This document shows positions 1 through 10,838 of a DNA stretch of 32,000 nt, in pieces. The position numbers were made by a program, and so were the translations under genes. Source of the DNA: Prochlorococcus marinus subsp. pastoris str. CCMP1986 (GTDB lineage Bacteria > Cyanobacteriota > Cyanobacteriia > PCC-6307 > Cyanobiaceae); contig NC_005072.1 of the NCBI RefSeq assembly GCF_000011465.1, forward strand, positions 630,001 through 662,000. Reading direction: 5' to 3'. How positions within the stretch are numbered: the stretch's first letter is position 1; each line of letters begins with the position of its first letter. The notes beneath the pieces are model-generated. The model was not told the DNA's origin and made no database searches. It saw only the letters and a program-made list of their open reading frames with translations.

Positions 1-1059
1 TCCTTCACCTGAATGAAATTGCTTGGTTACAGCATCCAGAATTGTTTGATAAGAGGGCTTTGTATGATAAACCCTTGTATGATTTGCCATTCTAAGAGCG
101 TCCTTTTCAGGATCGATTCTCCAATTACCTTCTTCGTCTTGACTCCATAGATTCTCTTTAGCTGAGGCTGCTTCTTTGTCATCAGATGCAAACTGCCTCA
201 TGCCAGCGCTTCTTCTTATATTACCTGCAACTATTGTTACAGCTGCTTCGTCAATAAGTAAGCAACACTCAACTGTATTTAGCTTTCTACCAATCGCTTT
301 TCCTAATAAAGAAGCAACTCGAGAGTATAGATCCTTTAATTTAATAGGATTCGCCATACCTCCAAAACCTTTTAATGATTCTCCTGCTGGCCTAATATCT
401 TCTAAGTTAATATGAACATTAACTTCTTTCTCAAGACTTTCATTGCTTGATGCTTCAAGAAGATATTTATAACTATCTACCCAGCCTCTTCTGCTATCCC
501 CAACTTTTATAAAAATATCGTTTCCTTTAATTTCTAAAGAAGATTTTTCCTGCCTTTGATCTTTAGGAGTTATTCCTACTTCGCTTACTGATTTAATAGT
601 TATTTTATTTTTTACTGTTGGAAGCTTATTTATAAAATGGGGCTCTATTATTGCTCCTGTGCCGCAACCCATCATTGCTAAATCCATCATTAAGGCAAAA
701 GCTTCCCAATCAATTAAATTTGTCGAAGTACAATTATATGCTCCTGAAAAATTCTGGTTTTTATTAATCCATGGAGTCCCTCCGATCCATAACCATCTTC
801 CAGATGGTTGAGCCTTTTGGTTGCTCTGCATTTCTCTCATTAACATCAATTCTTGATCAGAGAGTTTTCCTAATTCTTTTAATCCAGATAAATTTCTTTC
901 TCCAACTTCACTCCAATTCTCTCTTTTCCCGGAAACTGTCTTTCTGCTATATGACCTAAAGAAGACAGGATAAGCAGCAGGAGCTGTTTTTGGGAAGTCA
1001 TCTTTTCTAAGATTATTAGAATTGCTCTCAGAGGAAGCTTTATTTGGTGCAATTGTCAC
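1..1059 (-). CDS. nrdJ: Class II (adenosylcobalamin-dependent) ribonucleotide reductase NrdJ, N-terminal part; the 3' end lies beyond the left edge
   Basis: Absent from the ORF track because it runs off the window. Hand translation of the minus strand from GTG at 1059 is open for all 353 codons. It reads VTIAPNK...PAAYPVFFRSYSRK...RWLWIGGTPW...AYNCTSTNLIDWEAFALMMDLAMMGCGTGA...EDIRPAGESLKGFGGMANP, which I recognise as cyanobacterial NrdJ. Confidence 0.8.
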   Translation of the reverse strand, partial: MTIAPNKASSESNSNNLRKDDFPKTAPAAYPVFFRSYSRKTVSGKRENWSEVGERNLSGLKELGKLSDQELMLMREMQSNQKAQPSGRWLWIGGTPWINKNQNFSGAYNCTSTNLIDWEAFALMMDLAMMGCGTGAIIEPHFINKLPTVKNKITIKSVSEVGITPKDQRQEKSSLEIKGNDIFIKVGDSRRGWVDSYKYLLEASSNESLEKEVNVHINLEDIRPAGESLKGFGGMANPIKLKDLYSRVASLLGKAIGRKLNTVECCLLIDEAAVTIVAGNIRRSAGMRQFASDDKEAASAKENLWSQDEEGNWRIDPEKDALRMANHTRVYHTKPSYQTILDAVTKQFHSGEG

Positions 1060-1191
1060 GATAAAAAAAGTATGTAAATTTACCCGTAAAGGAAGAATAA
1101 CTCTACCTGTGGCGTCTGCAACTATTCTTACCACTATTTAACGGTTTGTGTAAAAATATGTTTATTATGAAATCTTTGTTCACGGAAGTTT

Positions 1192-1887
1192 ATGGAAAGA
1201 ACTGTTGAACCTGAATTAATGGAAAGAGAAGATCAAGTTGATTCTTATGCTAAAGCTGACTTTTCAGAGGGAGAGAATAATCTTATTAGTCAAATAAATC
1301 ATTACTTGATTAAAAATAATATTTATTTGAGTGAAAAAGAATTGATTGTTGATTTAGGATGCGGGCCTGGCAATATTTCTGAAAAGTTATCAACTAAATG
1401 GCCTAATGCCAATGTTATTGGTATTGATGGCTCCAAAGAGATGATTCGAATAGCTGAGTTAAATAAAAAGAATTCCTTAAATCGGAGTCGATTAAAAAAT
1501 TTGCGTTACATTTGTGCAGATATAAAAAGCCTTAAATCAAGTGATATTTCTTTCGAAAAAAATATAAGTTTATTAGTCAGCAACAGTTTAATTCACCATA
1601 TTACTTATCTGGATGATTTTTTTAATTGCATAAAGAGATTATCAAGTGATTTGACTATAAATTTTCATAAAGATCTTAAAAGACCGATTGATGAACAATC
1701 AGCTTTATATTTAAAGGAAAAATGTGGGGAAAAATATAATGAAATTCTGACTAATGATTATTACGCATCATTAAAGGCTTCTTACACATCAAAGGAATTA
1801 AAAGATTTTATTTTTGAGAATAAATTATCCTCTTTAGAGGTGTTCGAAGAAGGTGATCAATATTTAGTCATTTATGGTAAGGTTTAG
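1192..1887 (+). CDS. Class I SAM-dependent methyltransferase
   Basis: 231-aa ORF with SAM-binding motif I, VDLGCGPGN, followed by IGIDGS. Confidence 0.75.
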   Translation: MERTVEPELMEREDQVDSYAKADFSEGENNLISQINHYLIKNNIYLSEKELIVDLGCGPGNISEKLSTKWPNANVIGIDGSKEMIRIAELNKKNSLNRSRLKNLRYICADIKSLKSSDISFEKNISLLVSNSLIHHITYLDDFFNCIKRLSSDLTINFHKDLKRPIDEQSALYLKEKCGEKYNEILTNDYYASLKASYTSKELKDFIFENKLSSLEVFEEGDQYLVIYGKV

Positions 1888-1916
1888 AGTTAATGGGATT
1901 GTTAAAATAGAATTTA

Positions 1917-3554
1917 ATGAGTTCAAGTACTGAAAACTTAAATAATAAAAATATCTTAGAGGCGGTAAATAAAAGAAGGAACTTTGCGATTATTTCACAT
2001 CCTGATGCTGGTAAAACAACTCTTACTGAAAAACTTCTTTTGTATGGAGGCGCTATACAGCAAGCAGGGGCAGTAAAAGCAAGAGGTAATCAAAGGAAAG
2101 CTACTTCTGATTGGATGGAACTTGAAAAACAAAGAGGTATTTCAATTACTTCAACTGTTTTGCAGTTTGAATATGAAAGATCAGTAATAAATCTGTTGGA
2201 TACCCCTGGTCACAAAGATTTTTCTGAAGATACATATAGAACTTTAGCTGCCGCAGATAATGCAGTAATGCTTGAAGATGCCGCTAAAGGATTAGAACCT
2301 CAAACAAGAAAATTATTTGAGGTATGCAGAATGAGAAAAATACCTATTTTTACTTTTATTAACAAGATGGATAGACCGGGCAGAGAACCTTTTTCGTTGC
2401 TTGATGAAATTGAATCAGAGCTTGGTTTGAATACTTTGCCCGTTAATTGGCCAATTGGTATAGGTGAGGAATTTAGAGGAGTTATTGATAGATTTACAAG
2501 AGAGGTTATTTTATTTGATAAAGCTGTTAGGGGGAAACAGTCAAATGAGAAAAGAATGAGTTTAGATGATAAAGAACTTTCAAAATATGTAGAGAAAGAA
2601 TTACTTGAGATCTCTCTTGAAGAGCTCGAGGTCCTTGATGAGGCAGGTTCGAAATTAGAAAAAGAAGAAATTTTTAATGGTTCACTTACTCCTGTTTTCT
2701 TTGGCTCGGCGATGACAAATTTTGGGGTAAGACCTTTTTTAGATAGTTTTTTAAAAATGGCTCAAAAACCAACTTCAAGAAATAGTAATAAGGGAGATAT
2801 TGAGCCTGCAAGCGATGAATTTAGCGGTTTCGTATTTAAGTTACAGGCAAATATGGATCCAAAGCATAGAGATAGAGTTGCTTTTATAAGAGTTTGTAGT
2901 GGAAAATTTGAAAAGGATATGTCAGTCAAGCACTCAAGAACAGGAAGAACTATTAGATTATCTCGACCTCAAAAAATATTTGGTCAAGACAGAGAAGTAG
3001 TTGATGATGCCTATCCTGGAGATGTAATTGGACTTAATAACCCTGGAATGTTTTCTATCGGAGATACTTTATATACAGGCGCTCATCTTGAATATGAGGG
3101 TATACCCTCCTTTAGTCCTGAAATATTTAGTTGGCTAAGAAATCCAAACCCTTCAGCATTTAAAAACTTTAGGAAGGGAGTAAACGAACTTCGTGAAGAA
3201 GGTGCTGTTCAAATACTTTATGACTTTGATGAGAGCAAAAGAGATCCTATCCTTGCAGCTGTTGGACAATTACAGTTGGAAGTAGTTATTCATAGATTAA
3301 AAAATGAATATGGTGTAGATGCCAATCTTGAATCTATGCCATATCAATTGGCACGATGGGTTTCAGATGGATGGTCTGCTATTGATGAATTAGGAAGGAT
3401 CTTTAATTGCAAAGTAGTAAAGGATTGCTGGAATAGGCCAGTAATCCTTTTTAAGAATCAGTGGAATCTTAATCAATTTATTGAAGATAATGAGAATTTA
3501 GACTTAAAAAAAGTAGCACCTGTTGTTAGTGGAGTGGAACCAATTGTTTTATAA
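1917..3554 (+). CDS. prfC: Peptide chain release factor 3 (translational GTPase)
   Basis: 545 aa with G1 [19 protein letters not shown]3 DTPGHKDF and G4 NKMD, and RF3-type length and layout. Confidence 0.95.
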   Translation: MSSSTENLNNKNILEAVNKRRNFAIISHPDAGKTTLTEKLLLYGGAIQQAGAVKARGNQRKATSDWMELEKQRGISITSTVLQFEYERSVINLLDTPGHKDFSEDTYRTLAAADNAVMLEDAAKGLEPQTRKLFEVCRMRKIPIFTFINKMDRPGREPFSLLDEIESELGLNTLPVNWPIGIGEEFRGVIDRFTREVILFDKAVRGKQSNEKRMSLDDKELSKYVEKELLEISLEELEVLDEAGSKLEKEEIFNGSLTPVFFGSAMTNFGVRPFLDSFLKMAQKPTSRNSNKGDIEPASDEFSGFVFKLQANMDPKHRDRVAFIRVCSGKFEKDMSVKHSRTGRTIRLSRPQKIFGQDREVVDDAYPGDVIGLNNPGMFSIGDTLYTGAHLEYEGIPSFSPEIFSWLRNPNPSAFKNFRKGVNELREEGAVQILYDFDESKRDPILAAVGQLQLEVVIHRLKNEYGVDANLESMPYQLARWVSDGWSAIDELGRIFNCKVVKDCWNRPVILFKNQWNLNQFIEDNENLDLKKVAPVVSGVEPIVL

Positions 3555-3605
3555 AGTCCTATTGGATAATAAAATTGGTTAATCTATAGTCATTGTAAAA
3601 ATCAA

Positions 3606-4280
3606 TTGGATTCAAATAAAAGCAAAAATAATCCCGATAAAACACCCTATGAAATATTAGGTGTTGACGAAGGTGCCGATTTTGAAGATATACAAAAAGC
3701 AAGAGATCTTAAAGTTAAGGAAGCTGGTGAAGATCTACTACTTAAGGCAAAAATAGAATCATCTTTTGATCAATTGTTAATGGGTAGTTTGAAAGCAAGG
3801 CAGTCAGGTAATGTTAGTTTCGAAGCTCAAAATGCTTCTAAGAAAGAGAAACAAATTAATAAACTCATTAATAATGATTTCCCGCTTTTATCAAAAATAA
3901 AAAATTTGAATAATAATGGTAACAATTCAAACGAATATAGCCTTCCCAAAATAACCCCTCCATCTTTTGATAATCTTTCAATCAAATTATCTGTTGGATT
4001 ATTATTTTTGATAATACTTTTAATTAGTCCTGATTCTTACAACAGACTTCTGCTTTCTGTTTCAACTTTAATCCTTACTTATATTCAAATTAAATCAGGT
4101 AAAAAGTTTATTAGTTCTCTTGGATGGAGTGTGACATTTCTTTCAATAGGATTAATATTTGGAGGTTTATTTGAAACTAACTCATTTATTCAAGAAATAT
4201 CTAATAACTCTTTATCAATTCAAAAAATTCAAAGTTTACCAGCAATGATAATTTTGTGGATAGGAGTAATTTTCCTTTAA
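3606..4280 (+). CDS. J-like-domain membrane protein (DUF3353 / CPP1-like family)
   Basis: TTG start. The N-terminus PYEILGVDEGADFEDIQKARD resembles a J domain but lacks HPD. The C-terminal half has about 3 hydrophobic helices. Confidence 0.6.
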   Translation: MDSNKSKNNPDKTPYEILGVDEGADFEDIQKARDLKVKEAGEDLLLKAKIESSFDQLLMGSLKARQSGNVSFEAQNASKKEKQINKLINNDFPLLSKIKNLNNNGNNSNEYSLPKITPPSFDNLSIKLSVGLLFLIILLISPDSYNRLLLSVSTLILTYIQIKSGKKFISSLGWSVTFLSIGLIFGGLFETNSFIQEISNNSLSIQKIQSLPAMIILWIGVIFL

Positions 4281-4281
4281 A

Positions 4282-5184
4282 TTAATTTTTAATCATCTCT
4301 TTAATCTCTTCAGAATTTATTAAATATTTATTCTTGCAAAATTCGCAAACTAATTCGGCTTTTCCTTCTTTAATTAAAATATCTTTCAACTCGTTTTTAT
4401 CAAGCATTTTCATAGCATTTAAACTTCTCTGTCTAGAGCACCTACATTCAAATCTAACTTCTTGAGTTCGAGCTTTCTCGGAAATTGATTTATCGTCAAT
4501 ATCTGGAAATATATTTTTTATTAGTGAAAGAAGATTATCTTTTGATTTAAATAAGTCTTCACTAAAAGAATTAATTTCTTTACATCTTTCTTCAAGCAGC
4601 GAGACTAATAATGGATCAGTTTCTTTCTTTGGCAAAACTTGAGCTAACAATCCTCCGCTAGAAATAATATTTTTATTTTGAATCTTTTCCCCAATAAATA
4701 CAGCAGAAGGAGTCTGCTCAGAATGATATAAATAAGATGCTAAATCTTCAGCAATATTTCCATTAACTAACTCAACAGTGCTGGTAAAAGGTTCTCCAAA
4801 TCCATTATCCCGAATAACATTTAAATAGCCTGTCCCTAATGCTTTTGTGAAATCAAAAGAATATTGATTTTGCTTAGTTTTGACTAGATCTAATTCCAAA
4901 TTAGGATTCCCTACATAACCTCTAACTTTCCCATCTCTGCCCGCATCCACAAGTAATCCCTTTAAAGGGCCATCAGATCTTACTCTTAAAGTGACTCTCC
5001 CATGCATTACTTTCATCGAACTTGCTAAAAGAAGAGAGGCGCTGAAAGCTCTCCCAAGTATAGAGGTAGTTAGATAAGACAATCCATGCCTTTCTTTCGC
5101 TTCCATTGATGAATCTGTTGTTAATACCGCAACTAACCTTATTCCACCATTAGCCGCAGTTGCGCGTACAATTTTATCCCCCAT
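4282..5184 (-). CDS. hslO: Redox-regulated chaperone Hsp33
   Basis: 300 aa with the C-terminal zinc-centre pattern CRCS...CEFCKNKY typical of Hsp33. Confidence 0.9.
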   Translation of the reverse strand: MGDKIVRATAANGGIRLVAVLTTDSSMEAKERHGLSYLTTSILGRAFSASLLLASSMKVMHGRVTLRVRSDGPLKGLLVDAGRDGKVRGYVGNPNLELDLVKTKQNQYSFDFTKALGTGYLNVIRDNGFGEPFTSTVELVNGNIAEDLASYLYHSEQTPSAVFIGEKIQNKNIISSGGLLAQVLPKKETDPLLVSLLEERCKEINSFSEDLFKSKDNLLSLIKNIFPDIDDKSISEKARTQEVRFECRCSRQRSLNAMKMLDKNELKDILIKEGKAELVCEFCKNKYLINSEEIKEMIKN

Positions 5185-5821
5185 AATTTTTTTTCATTAA
5201 TTCTTTAATCTTTCCTTGTTCAAGAACTAATATTTTAGACGGTATCCCCTCGAATAATGAGGGTTCATGAGTAACGATAATTATTGTATTTTTATTTTTG
5301 AGATTCAGAACTAAATTCTTAACATCATTTTTCATTGACCAATCAAGCCCAGCAGTTGGTTCGTCAAGTAAAAGAATAGTTGGATTTCTCATTAGTTGAA
5401 CTGCTACAGCTAATCTTCTCTGTTGACCACCACTTAATTTCTCAGGAGGTTGAGTAAGATTTATATCTGATAGCCCAACTTTTTTTAAAACTTGCTCTAT
5501 ATTTTTTTCTCTTAATGATTTATAACCAATTTTTAATTCTTTTCCAATGGTTGTTCCTAAAAAGTATCTTTCTGGGAATTGGAATACTACTCCACTTATC
5601 CATCTTCTTTGCCTAGCAGTGATATTTTTATTTTTCCAAGTAATCTTTCCTTTCTGAGGAGTAATTAGTCCACTTATTATTTCCAATAGAGTTGTTTTCC
5701 CTGAACCACTTTTGCCACAAATTAATATAATTTCATTTTCATGAATATTGAAACTAATATCATCTAATATTTTTTTATTTCCTGTTTGAGGTTGATAAGT
5801 AATATCTTTTAAATCAAGCAT
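5174..5821 (-). CDS. ABC transporter ATP-binding protein (ECF/cobalt-type ATPase-like)
   Basis: Walker [10 protein letters not shown], signature LSGGQQRR and Walker B LLLDEPT. I place the start at ATG 5821 (MLDLKDITY) rather than the non-ATG start at 5866 in the track. Confidence 0.8.
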   Translation of the reverse strand: MLDLKDITYQPQTGNKKILDDISFNIHENEIILICGKSGSGKTTLLEIISGLITPQKGKITWKNKNITARQRRWISGVVFQFPERYFLGTTIGKELKIGYKSLREKNIEQVLKKVGLSDINLTQPPEKLSGGQQRRLAVAVQLMRNPTILLLDEPTAGLDWSMKNDVKNLVLNLKNKNTIIIVTHEPSLFEGIPSKILVLEQGKIKELMKKNYGG

Positions 5822-5906
5822 TATTAATTTAGTTGTAGGTATAAAATTTAAACTTTGAATTATCAACTTATAATAACTATATATCTAAAAAAAAATAACA
5901 GTAAAA

Positions 5907-6350
5907 ATGAATATTGCATTTAGAGAAGTTGATCCTTTTAATTGTTGGATTTGGATAAAATTCTTTGAAATTCCTACTGAAGCAGAAAAAAACTACTTAG
6001 ATGGAGTTTTTGATAGTTGGTATGTTTTAGGTAGGTTAGGTGGTTTTAATTCTGAAAATTTACAAACTCATGAAGAGGGTTCTGATTTAAGTTGGATGTC
6101 ATACGATAATGAGCAAAAAGAATCTGCCCTTCCTGCCTTAATGCATAATTTAGGTGTTATGGAATATCAAAATTTATGGTCAAGAAGTTGGGTTGATTTT
6201 GGAACTTCAGATTCACTTTCTATTGATATTTTAATAAATGCGTTAAATGAAATATCTAATAATTATGTAAAAATTGATGAATTAATAATTGGGGGAGAAA
6301 ATAGTGATTGGTCGATTGAGGAACATGAGGATTTGGTTTTTAAAAATTGA
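5907..6350 (+). CDS. Conserved hypothetical protein (possibly the cyanobacterial/plastid DUF3531 type)
   Basis: 147-aa ORF with ATG start that fits the gap between neighbours. The family assignment is from memory only. Confidence 0.55.
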   Translation: MNIAFREVDPFNCWIWIKFFEIPTEAEKNYLDGVFDSWYVLGRLGGFNSENLQTHEEGSDLSWMSYDNEQKESALPALMHNLGVMEYQNLWSRSWVDFGTSDSLSIDILINALNEISNNYVKIDELIIGGENSDWSIEEHEDLVFKN

Positions 6351-6359
6351 TTTTTATAT

Positions 6360-7133
6360 ATGGATGATTTAACAAGACTATTTATGCAGAATGAAAGAAT
6401 AATTAATAACAAGAACAATGATTTAAAACTTACAAATAATGAAGCGCGCTACATAAATAAAGTAATGCGAATAAAAATTGGTAAAGAAATATTTATCACT
6501 AATGGCGAAGGTTCATTATGGAAAGCTATAAACTTAGAGGACAATTATATAAAGATAAATGATATTAATAATCCTTATTTATTTCAAGAAAAAGAAAAAA
6601 TTTTATTAGGAATAGCTGTTGTTATTCCTAAAAATGGTGTTGAAGATATTCTAAAAATGTGTACTGAAATAGGAATTGATTTTATACAACCTTTGTATTC
6701 AGATAGACAAGTTAAGAAGTATACCAACTTCTCAAATAAACTTATAAGATGGAATTCAATTGTTAATGAAGCTGTTGAACAATGTGAGAGATTATGGAGA
6801 CCATCTATTTTGAGTGGTATTAATTTATTTGACTGGATAAATTCTCTAGAAAATAAAGATATTATTTCAGTATCTGTTACAAGAGATGATAGCACTGATA
6901 ATTTAAATCATTGGTTAAAAAAAAAGCAAAGTGTTTTGGATAAAAAAGGAGGAGTTTTATGGAATGTAATTGGACCGGAAGGAGGCTGGTCCCAAGGTGA
7001 AATTGAATTTTTTATTAAAAATAAAATTGCTTTTGTAAAACTTTCAGAAAGCATTTTAAGAACTTCAACAGCTACTGTTAATGCAACTTCAATTCTTAGT
7101 CAATGGCGTAATGATCTTAAATTAATTCTTTAA
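6360..7133 (+). CDS. rsmE: 16S rRNA (uracil1498-N3)-methyltransferase RsmE
   Basis: 257 aa with the C-terminal IGPEGGWS...E motif typical of the RsmE/SPOUT family. Confidence 0.8.
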   Translation: MDDLTRLFMQNERIINNKNNDLKLTNNEARYINKVMRIKIGKEIFITNGEGSLWKAINLEDNYIKINDINNPYLFQEKEKILLGIAVVIPKNGVEDILKMCTEIGIDFIQPLYSDRQVKKYTNFSNKLIRWNSIVNEAVEQCERLWRPSILSGINLFDWINSLENKDIISVSVTRDDSTDNLNHWLKKKQSVLDKKGGVLWNVIGPEGGWSQGEIEFFIKNKIAFVKLSESILRTSTATVNATSILSQWRNDLKLIL

Positions 7134-7137
7134 AAAA

Positions 7138-7881
7138 ATGAATTTACTTTCTAATGATTTTTTATTTGGTTTTTTAATAAATTTTATTCTAATTTCTTTG
7201 TTTTTTAGAGTCCCATTGATGACAAAAGCGGGGTGGATAAGTGCTGGGGTATTAGGGTCTATTTTATGGGGATGTTTGTCATGGCAAGGTTGGATCTCTG
7301 TTGTAATATATTTATTTCTTGGATCTCTTGTGACAAAAATTGGTTATAAATTTAAAAACGAAAAAGGGATAGCTGAAAAAAGAGGTGGTAAAAGAGGTCC
7401 TGAAAATGTTTGGGGTTCGGCTGCAACAGGATTGTTTTTTGCAATAATGGTTAAATTGAATTTTACTAATTTAGTTTTTTACAAAATTGGTTTTGCTGCA
7501 AGTTTTGCCGCAAAGTTGGCAGATACTTTTGGTAGTGAAATAGGAAAAAGATTTGGTAGAAATACATATCTAATTACTTCGTTTAGAAAAGTTGAAAGAG
7601 GAACGGAAGGAGGAATTAGTTTAGAAGGCACAGCGGCAAGTTCCTTAGGCGCAATATTTATGTCATTAATAATGTTTATTTTAAATATTATCTCAACAAA
7701 ATATCAATTTTTGATAGTTGCAATTTCTGGTTTTTTAGCAACAATTTCTGAAAGTTTTATTGGAGCTAAATTTCAAGACAAATATAAATTAAGTAATGAA
7801 TTAGTAAATTCTATTCAAACAAGTATTTCTTCTGTAATTGCTATTTTTGTTCTAATTTTTTATCTCAAAGTTTCTACTTAA
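7138..7881 (+). CDS. DUF92/TMEM19-family integral membrane protein (VTE6-like putative phytyl-phosphate kinase)
   Basis: Polytopic 247-aa protein with a TEGGISLEGTAASSLGA motif. The function is inferred by analogy to plant VTE6. Confidence 0.65.
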   Translation: MNLLSNDFLFGFLINFILISLFFRVPLMTKAGWISAGVLGSILWGCLSWQGWISVVIYLFLGSLVTKIGYKFKNEKGIAEKRGGKRGPENVWGSAATGLFFAIMVKLNFTNLVFYKIGFAASFAAKLADTFGSEIGKRFGRNTYLITSFRKVERGTEGGISLEGTAASSLGAIFMSLIMFILNIISTKYQFLIVAISGFLATISESFIGAKFQDKYKLSNELVNSIQTSISSVIAIFVLIFYLKVST

Positions 7882-7898
7882 ATTACCTTTTATCAAAA

Positions 7899-8543
7899 TT
7901 AGGATTCCTTCCATTTATTAAGAATATCCCAACTTTTAAGACGTTGATAAATCCAAAGATGTCCATGCGTATTTAAGTGTATACCATCCTCTGCGATCCA
8001 ATTCTTACTTCTGTTATCTGAGTACATTTCTCTAAAAGTTGGCAGAAAAGGGACATTTTGATTAATACAGACTTCTTCCATTCTTCTTTCATAAGAATGA
8101 CAGAAATCATTTGAATACCATAAACATCCAGCAAATGGCATTTTGTTTTCATCAACTGGGGTTAGCCCAATTACAAAAACTTGAGTTTGGGACTTCATTT
8201 CAAAAATTAATCTTTCTAATCCATACTCGAATCCATTTATCTCTAATTGGTGTCGCCCATTTTTTTGTCCAATTGTTGGTGTATCATTAAGACCCACATT
8301 TAAGAGGATAGCTTTGGGTTTATTTCTTCTTGTTTCTCCTCTTGACGACCATTCTTTTTCCCAACGTAAAGAAACCTTTTCAATTCCATCTCCTCTTACC
8401 CCTAGTGGATAAATAATTGGAAAATCATGAAATTTAGACCAATCTTTTCTTAGTCTTTCGCACCATCCTCCTCCTACAGTATCCCCCCATCCATATACTG
8501 AACTATCTCCGATTACAACCAATTGTTTTGGTAAAACAGGCAC
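7899..8543 (-). CDS. SGNH/GDSL-family hydrolase
   Basis: Block I VIGDSSVYGWGD, block III GLND and block V DGIHLN. Confidence 0.8.
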   Translation of the reverse strand: MPVLPKQLVVIGDSSVYGWGDTVGGGWCERLRKDWSKFHDFPIIYPLGVRGDGIEKVSLRWEKEWSSRGETRRNKPKAILLNVGLNDTPTIGQKNGRHQLEINGFEYGLERLIFEMKSQTQVFVIGLTPVDENKMPFAGCLWYSNDFCHSYERRMEEVCINQNVPFLPTFREMYSDNRSKNWIAEDGIHLNTHGHLWIYQRLKSWDILNKWKES

Positions 8544-8593
8544 AAGATTCCTTTAAATTATTTCACTTGATTTGAGAAGATTTTTATTACTAA

Positions 8594-10096
8594 TCAAGTT
8601 AAATTAATTTTGATTTTACCATTTATTAATTCTCCAATTATTGCAATTGAGCTATAAGCAAACAAAATCACTATGACTTCTTCCCATGCAAATGAAGTCA
8701 ATGATTCTTGAAGTTGCCAACCTAAACCAACACTACCAATTACTCCCAGAATGGCTGTTTCTCTAATTATAATGTCTGATCTATAAGCACAATATGCTAA
8801 GTAACTATTTGCTTGTTTAACAAATAATCCGTAAAGCCAACTAGACCTCTTTGCAACTCCTAATGATTTCATTGCAATATATTGTTTATTATCTTGGTTA
8901 TGTAAATTCGCCAAAAGCAATTTGCTTGTTATAGCTGCGTTATGCAATCCTAATGTTATTGCTGCTAAAGATATTGAAGGATCATTAAACATTAAGAGTA
9001 TTAGGATTAATACAGGCGGTGGTATTAAACGAAATAAAAATGAGATTATTCTGATAATTGTAATTCCTATTTTATTATTGAAAATCAATATAAAAAGGGG
9101 AGGAAAACTTATAGCTATTCCAGTAGATAAAAGACATAAAACTATTGTTTCTAATAATAGCTTTAAAAAATCGTATGAAATAAAATTAACGTTTGATATC
9201 AAAAGATTATTGATTGAATTAAAAGGTATTGCATTTTTATTAAATATAAAATAAACAAAGAAAGATAAAGAAAATAAACTAATACAAAATAAAGCTATTA
9301 CAAAAGAGGTCAATAAATTCTTAGAAGTGTTAGAGAGGTTGAATCTTTTTAATAGTTTTTTTGAGATAATAATTAAAAAAGCTAAACCCCAAAGATAAGT
9401 CCATAGCTCTCGGAAATTCAAAGTTTGAAAGGACAAAAATATACTTGTGCCTATTCCTCCAACTCCAAACAATCCTAAAACTGCTGTACTTCTTATGGCA
9501 CATTCCAAACGGTATAACCCAAAATTTTTAAAGGTTTCTATCACTGGAGCCCAAACTAATGTTATTAAAGTGGAAGATTTAATACCATTAATTTGTTTAA
9601 TTGATTCAATAGTTTTAAGATTAATATTTTCTATTTGCTCACTAAAAACTTTTGCATTTATAGCAACATAAGGAATGCAAATAGCTATTATTCCAATTGA
9701 AAAATTTATACCATATATTTGCATTAATATAAGTCCCCAAATTATTTCATGAATCGATCTTATAAAAGTTAAAAATAAATTTAAAAATCTCTTTAAAAAT
9801 ATAGGTAAATTTAATATTTTATAAAAAATTTCTGAAGATAATATTCCAAAAATAACCCCAAATATAATACTTATTAGCCAACTAAAAAATGCAATAAAAA
9901 TAGTTTCATTTAATCTTTTTACTAAGGTGAAAATGATTTCATTATTAATTTTTGGATTAAAGGCAGAAATAATAAATTCTTTAAATAATTCAATTCCTCC
10001 AATATGAAAATTAATAAATAGTTCATAGGCTATAGGTATACAAACTAGTATTGGTAGAAAAGTTATTGACGAAGAATTTAATTTTAATTTATTCAA
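8594..10096 (-). CDS. phnE: Phosphonate/phosphite ABC transporter permease, double-length (two fused permease modules)
   Basis: 500-aa polytopic protein with TTG start, directly downstream of phnC and phnD on the same strand. Confidence 0.75.
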   Translation of the reverse strand: MNKLKLNSSSITFLPILVCIPIAYELFINFHIGGIELFKEFIISAFNPKINNEIIFTLVKRLNETIFIAFFSWLISIIFGVIFGILSSEIFYKILNLPIFLKRFLNLFLTFIRSIHEIIWGLILMQIYGINFSIGIIAICIPYVAINAKVFSEQIENINLKTIESIKQINGIKSSTLITLVWAPVIETFKNFGLYRLECAIRSTAVLGLFGVGGIGTSIFLSFQTLNFRELWTYLWGLAFLIIISKKLLKRFNLSNTSKNLLTSFVIALFCISLFSLSFFVYFIFNKNAIPFNSINNLLISNVNFISYDFLKLLLETIVLCLLSTGIAISFPPLFILIFNNKIGITIIRIISFLFRLIPPPVLILILLMFNDPSISLAAITLGLHNAAITSKLLLANLHNQDNKQYIAMKSLGVAKRSSWLYGLFVKQANSYLAYCAYRSDIIIRETAILGVIGSVGLGWQLQESLTSFAWEEVIVILFAYSSIAIIGELINGKIKINLT

Positions 10097-10100
10097 TTAT

Positions 10101-10838
10101 CTAATAAATCTTGTTTAAATGATATTTTTTTAATTTAGTTTTCTCTAAATCAAATAATATTTCACCATTTTTCATTCCAATAATTCTATTAAAACCATCT
10201 AATAAATCTAATCTATGCAAAGAAATTAAAGTAGTGTTAGGAACTTTTATTTTATTTTTATTTTTAGTAATTAATAATAGATTTTTAATATTAGAAGTTA
10301 GTTTTGGATCTAAATTATTAAAAGGCTCATCAGCAAGTAGGATATCTGACTCTTGAATTAATGATCTTGCAATAGCAACTCTTTGTTTTTGGCCTCCAGA
10401 TATTTTTCTAATATTTTTGGAAAAAATAGATTTCTTAAGATTACAAACTTGCATATATTGATGAGCTTTATTAAAAGAACTTATATTTAGTAAATTTTTA
10501 AAAGCAAATAGGAAACTTTGTTTTCCAAGAAGTCCACAATTTACATTTTGTTCTGCTGATAGATCTTCTATTAATCTTAAATCTTGCCAGATAGTTGATA
10601 TCCTAATCTTTTGATGTAAGTTTAATTTATCAAATTCTGTATTAAATAATTTGACTCTACCTTTGTTAGGCTTGAGTGTTCCGTTAAGAATAGATATAAG
10701 AGTAGTTTTACCCGCGCCACTTTTGCCTAATAAGGCAATTTTTTCACCCGATTTAATTCGTAAACTTAACTTGTTTAAGGTGAAATTATTTTTATTTTTA
10801 TAGCTTACCTCTTTTAATTCGAGAAGAGTATTAATCAT
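10101..10838 (-). CDS. phnC: Phosphonate/phosphite ABC transporter ATP-binding protein
   Basis: Walker A GKSGAGKTT, signature ISGGQKQR and Walker B LLADEP. It overlaps phnD by 4 nt. Confidence 0.85.
   Translation of the reverse strand: MINTLLELKEVSYKNKNNFTLNKLSLRIKSGEKIALLGKSGAGKTTLISILNGTLKPNKGRVKLFNTEFDKLNLHQKIRISTIWQDLRLIEDLSAEQNVNCGLLGKQSFLFAFKNLLNISSFNKAHQYMQVCNLKKSIFSKNIRKISGGQKQRVAIARSLIQESDILLADEPFNNLDPKLTSNIKNLLLITKNKNKIKVPNTTLISLHRLDLLDGFNRIIGMKNGEILFDLEKTKLKKYHLNKIY

Noticed and set aside
176-959. Plus-strand track ORFs 176..415 and 771..959
   Set aside because: Both lie antisense inside the much longer, clearly conserved nrdJ frame on the minus strand. They have low-complexity composition and are shadow ORFs.
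1060-1191. Possible cobalamin riboswitch in the nrdJ leader (a GCCACAGG segment resembles a B12 box)
   Set aside because: The whole intergenic region is only 132 nt, too short for the ~200-nt aptamer. I could not find the other conserved helices. I kept only the hairpin observation.
6584-9671. Track ORFs 6584..6895(-), 7973..8155(-), 8922..9254(+) and 9447..9671(+)
   Set aside because: Each is fully nested antisense or out of frame within rsmE, the SGNH hydrolase or phnE. They have no independent signals.
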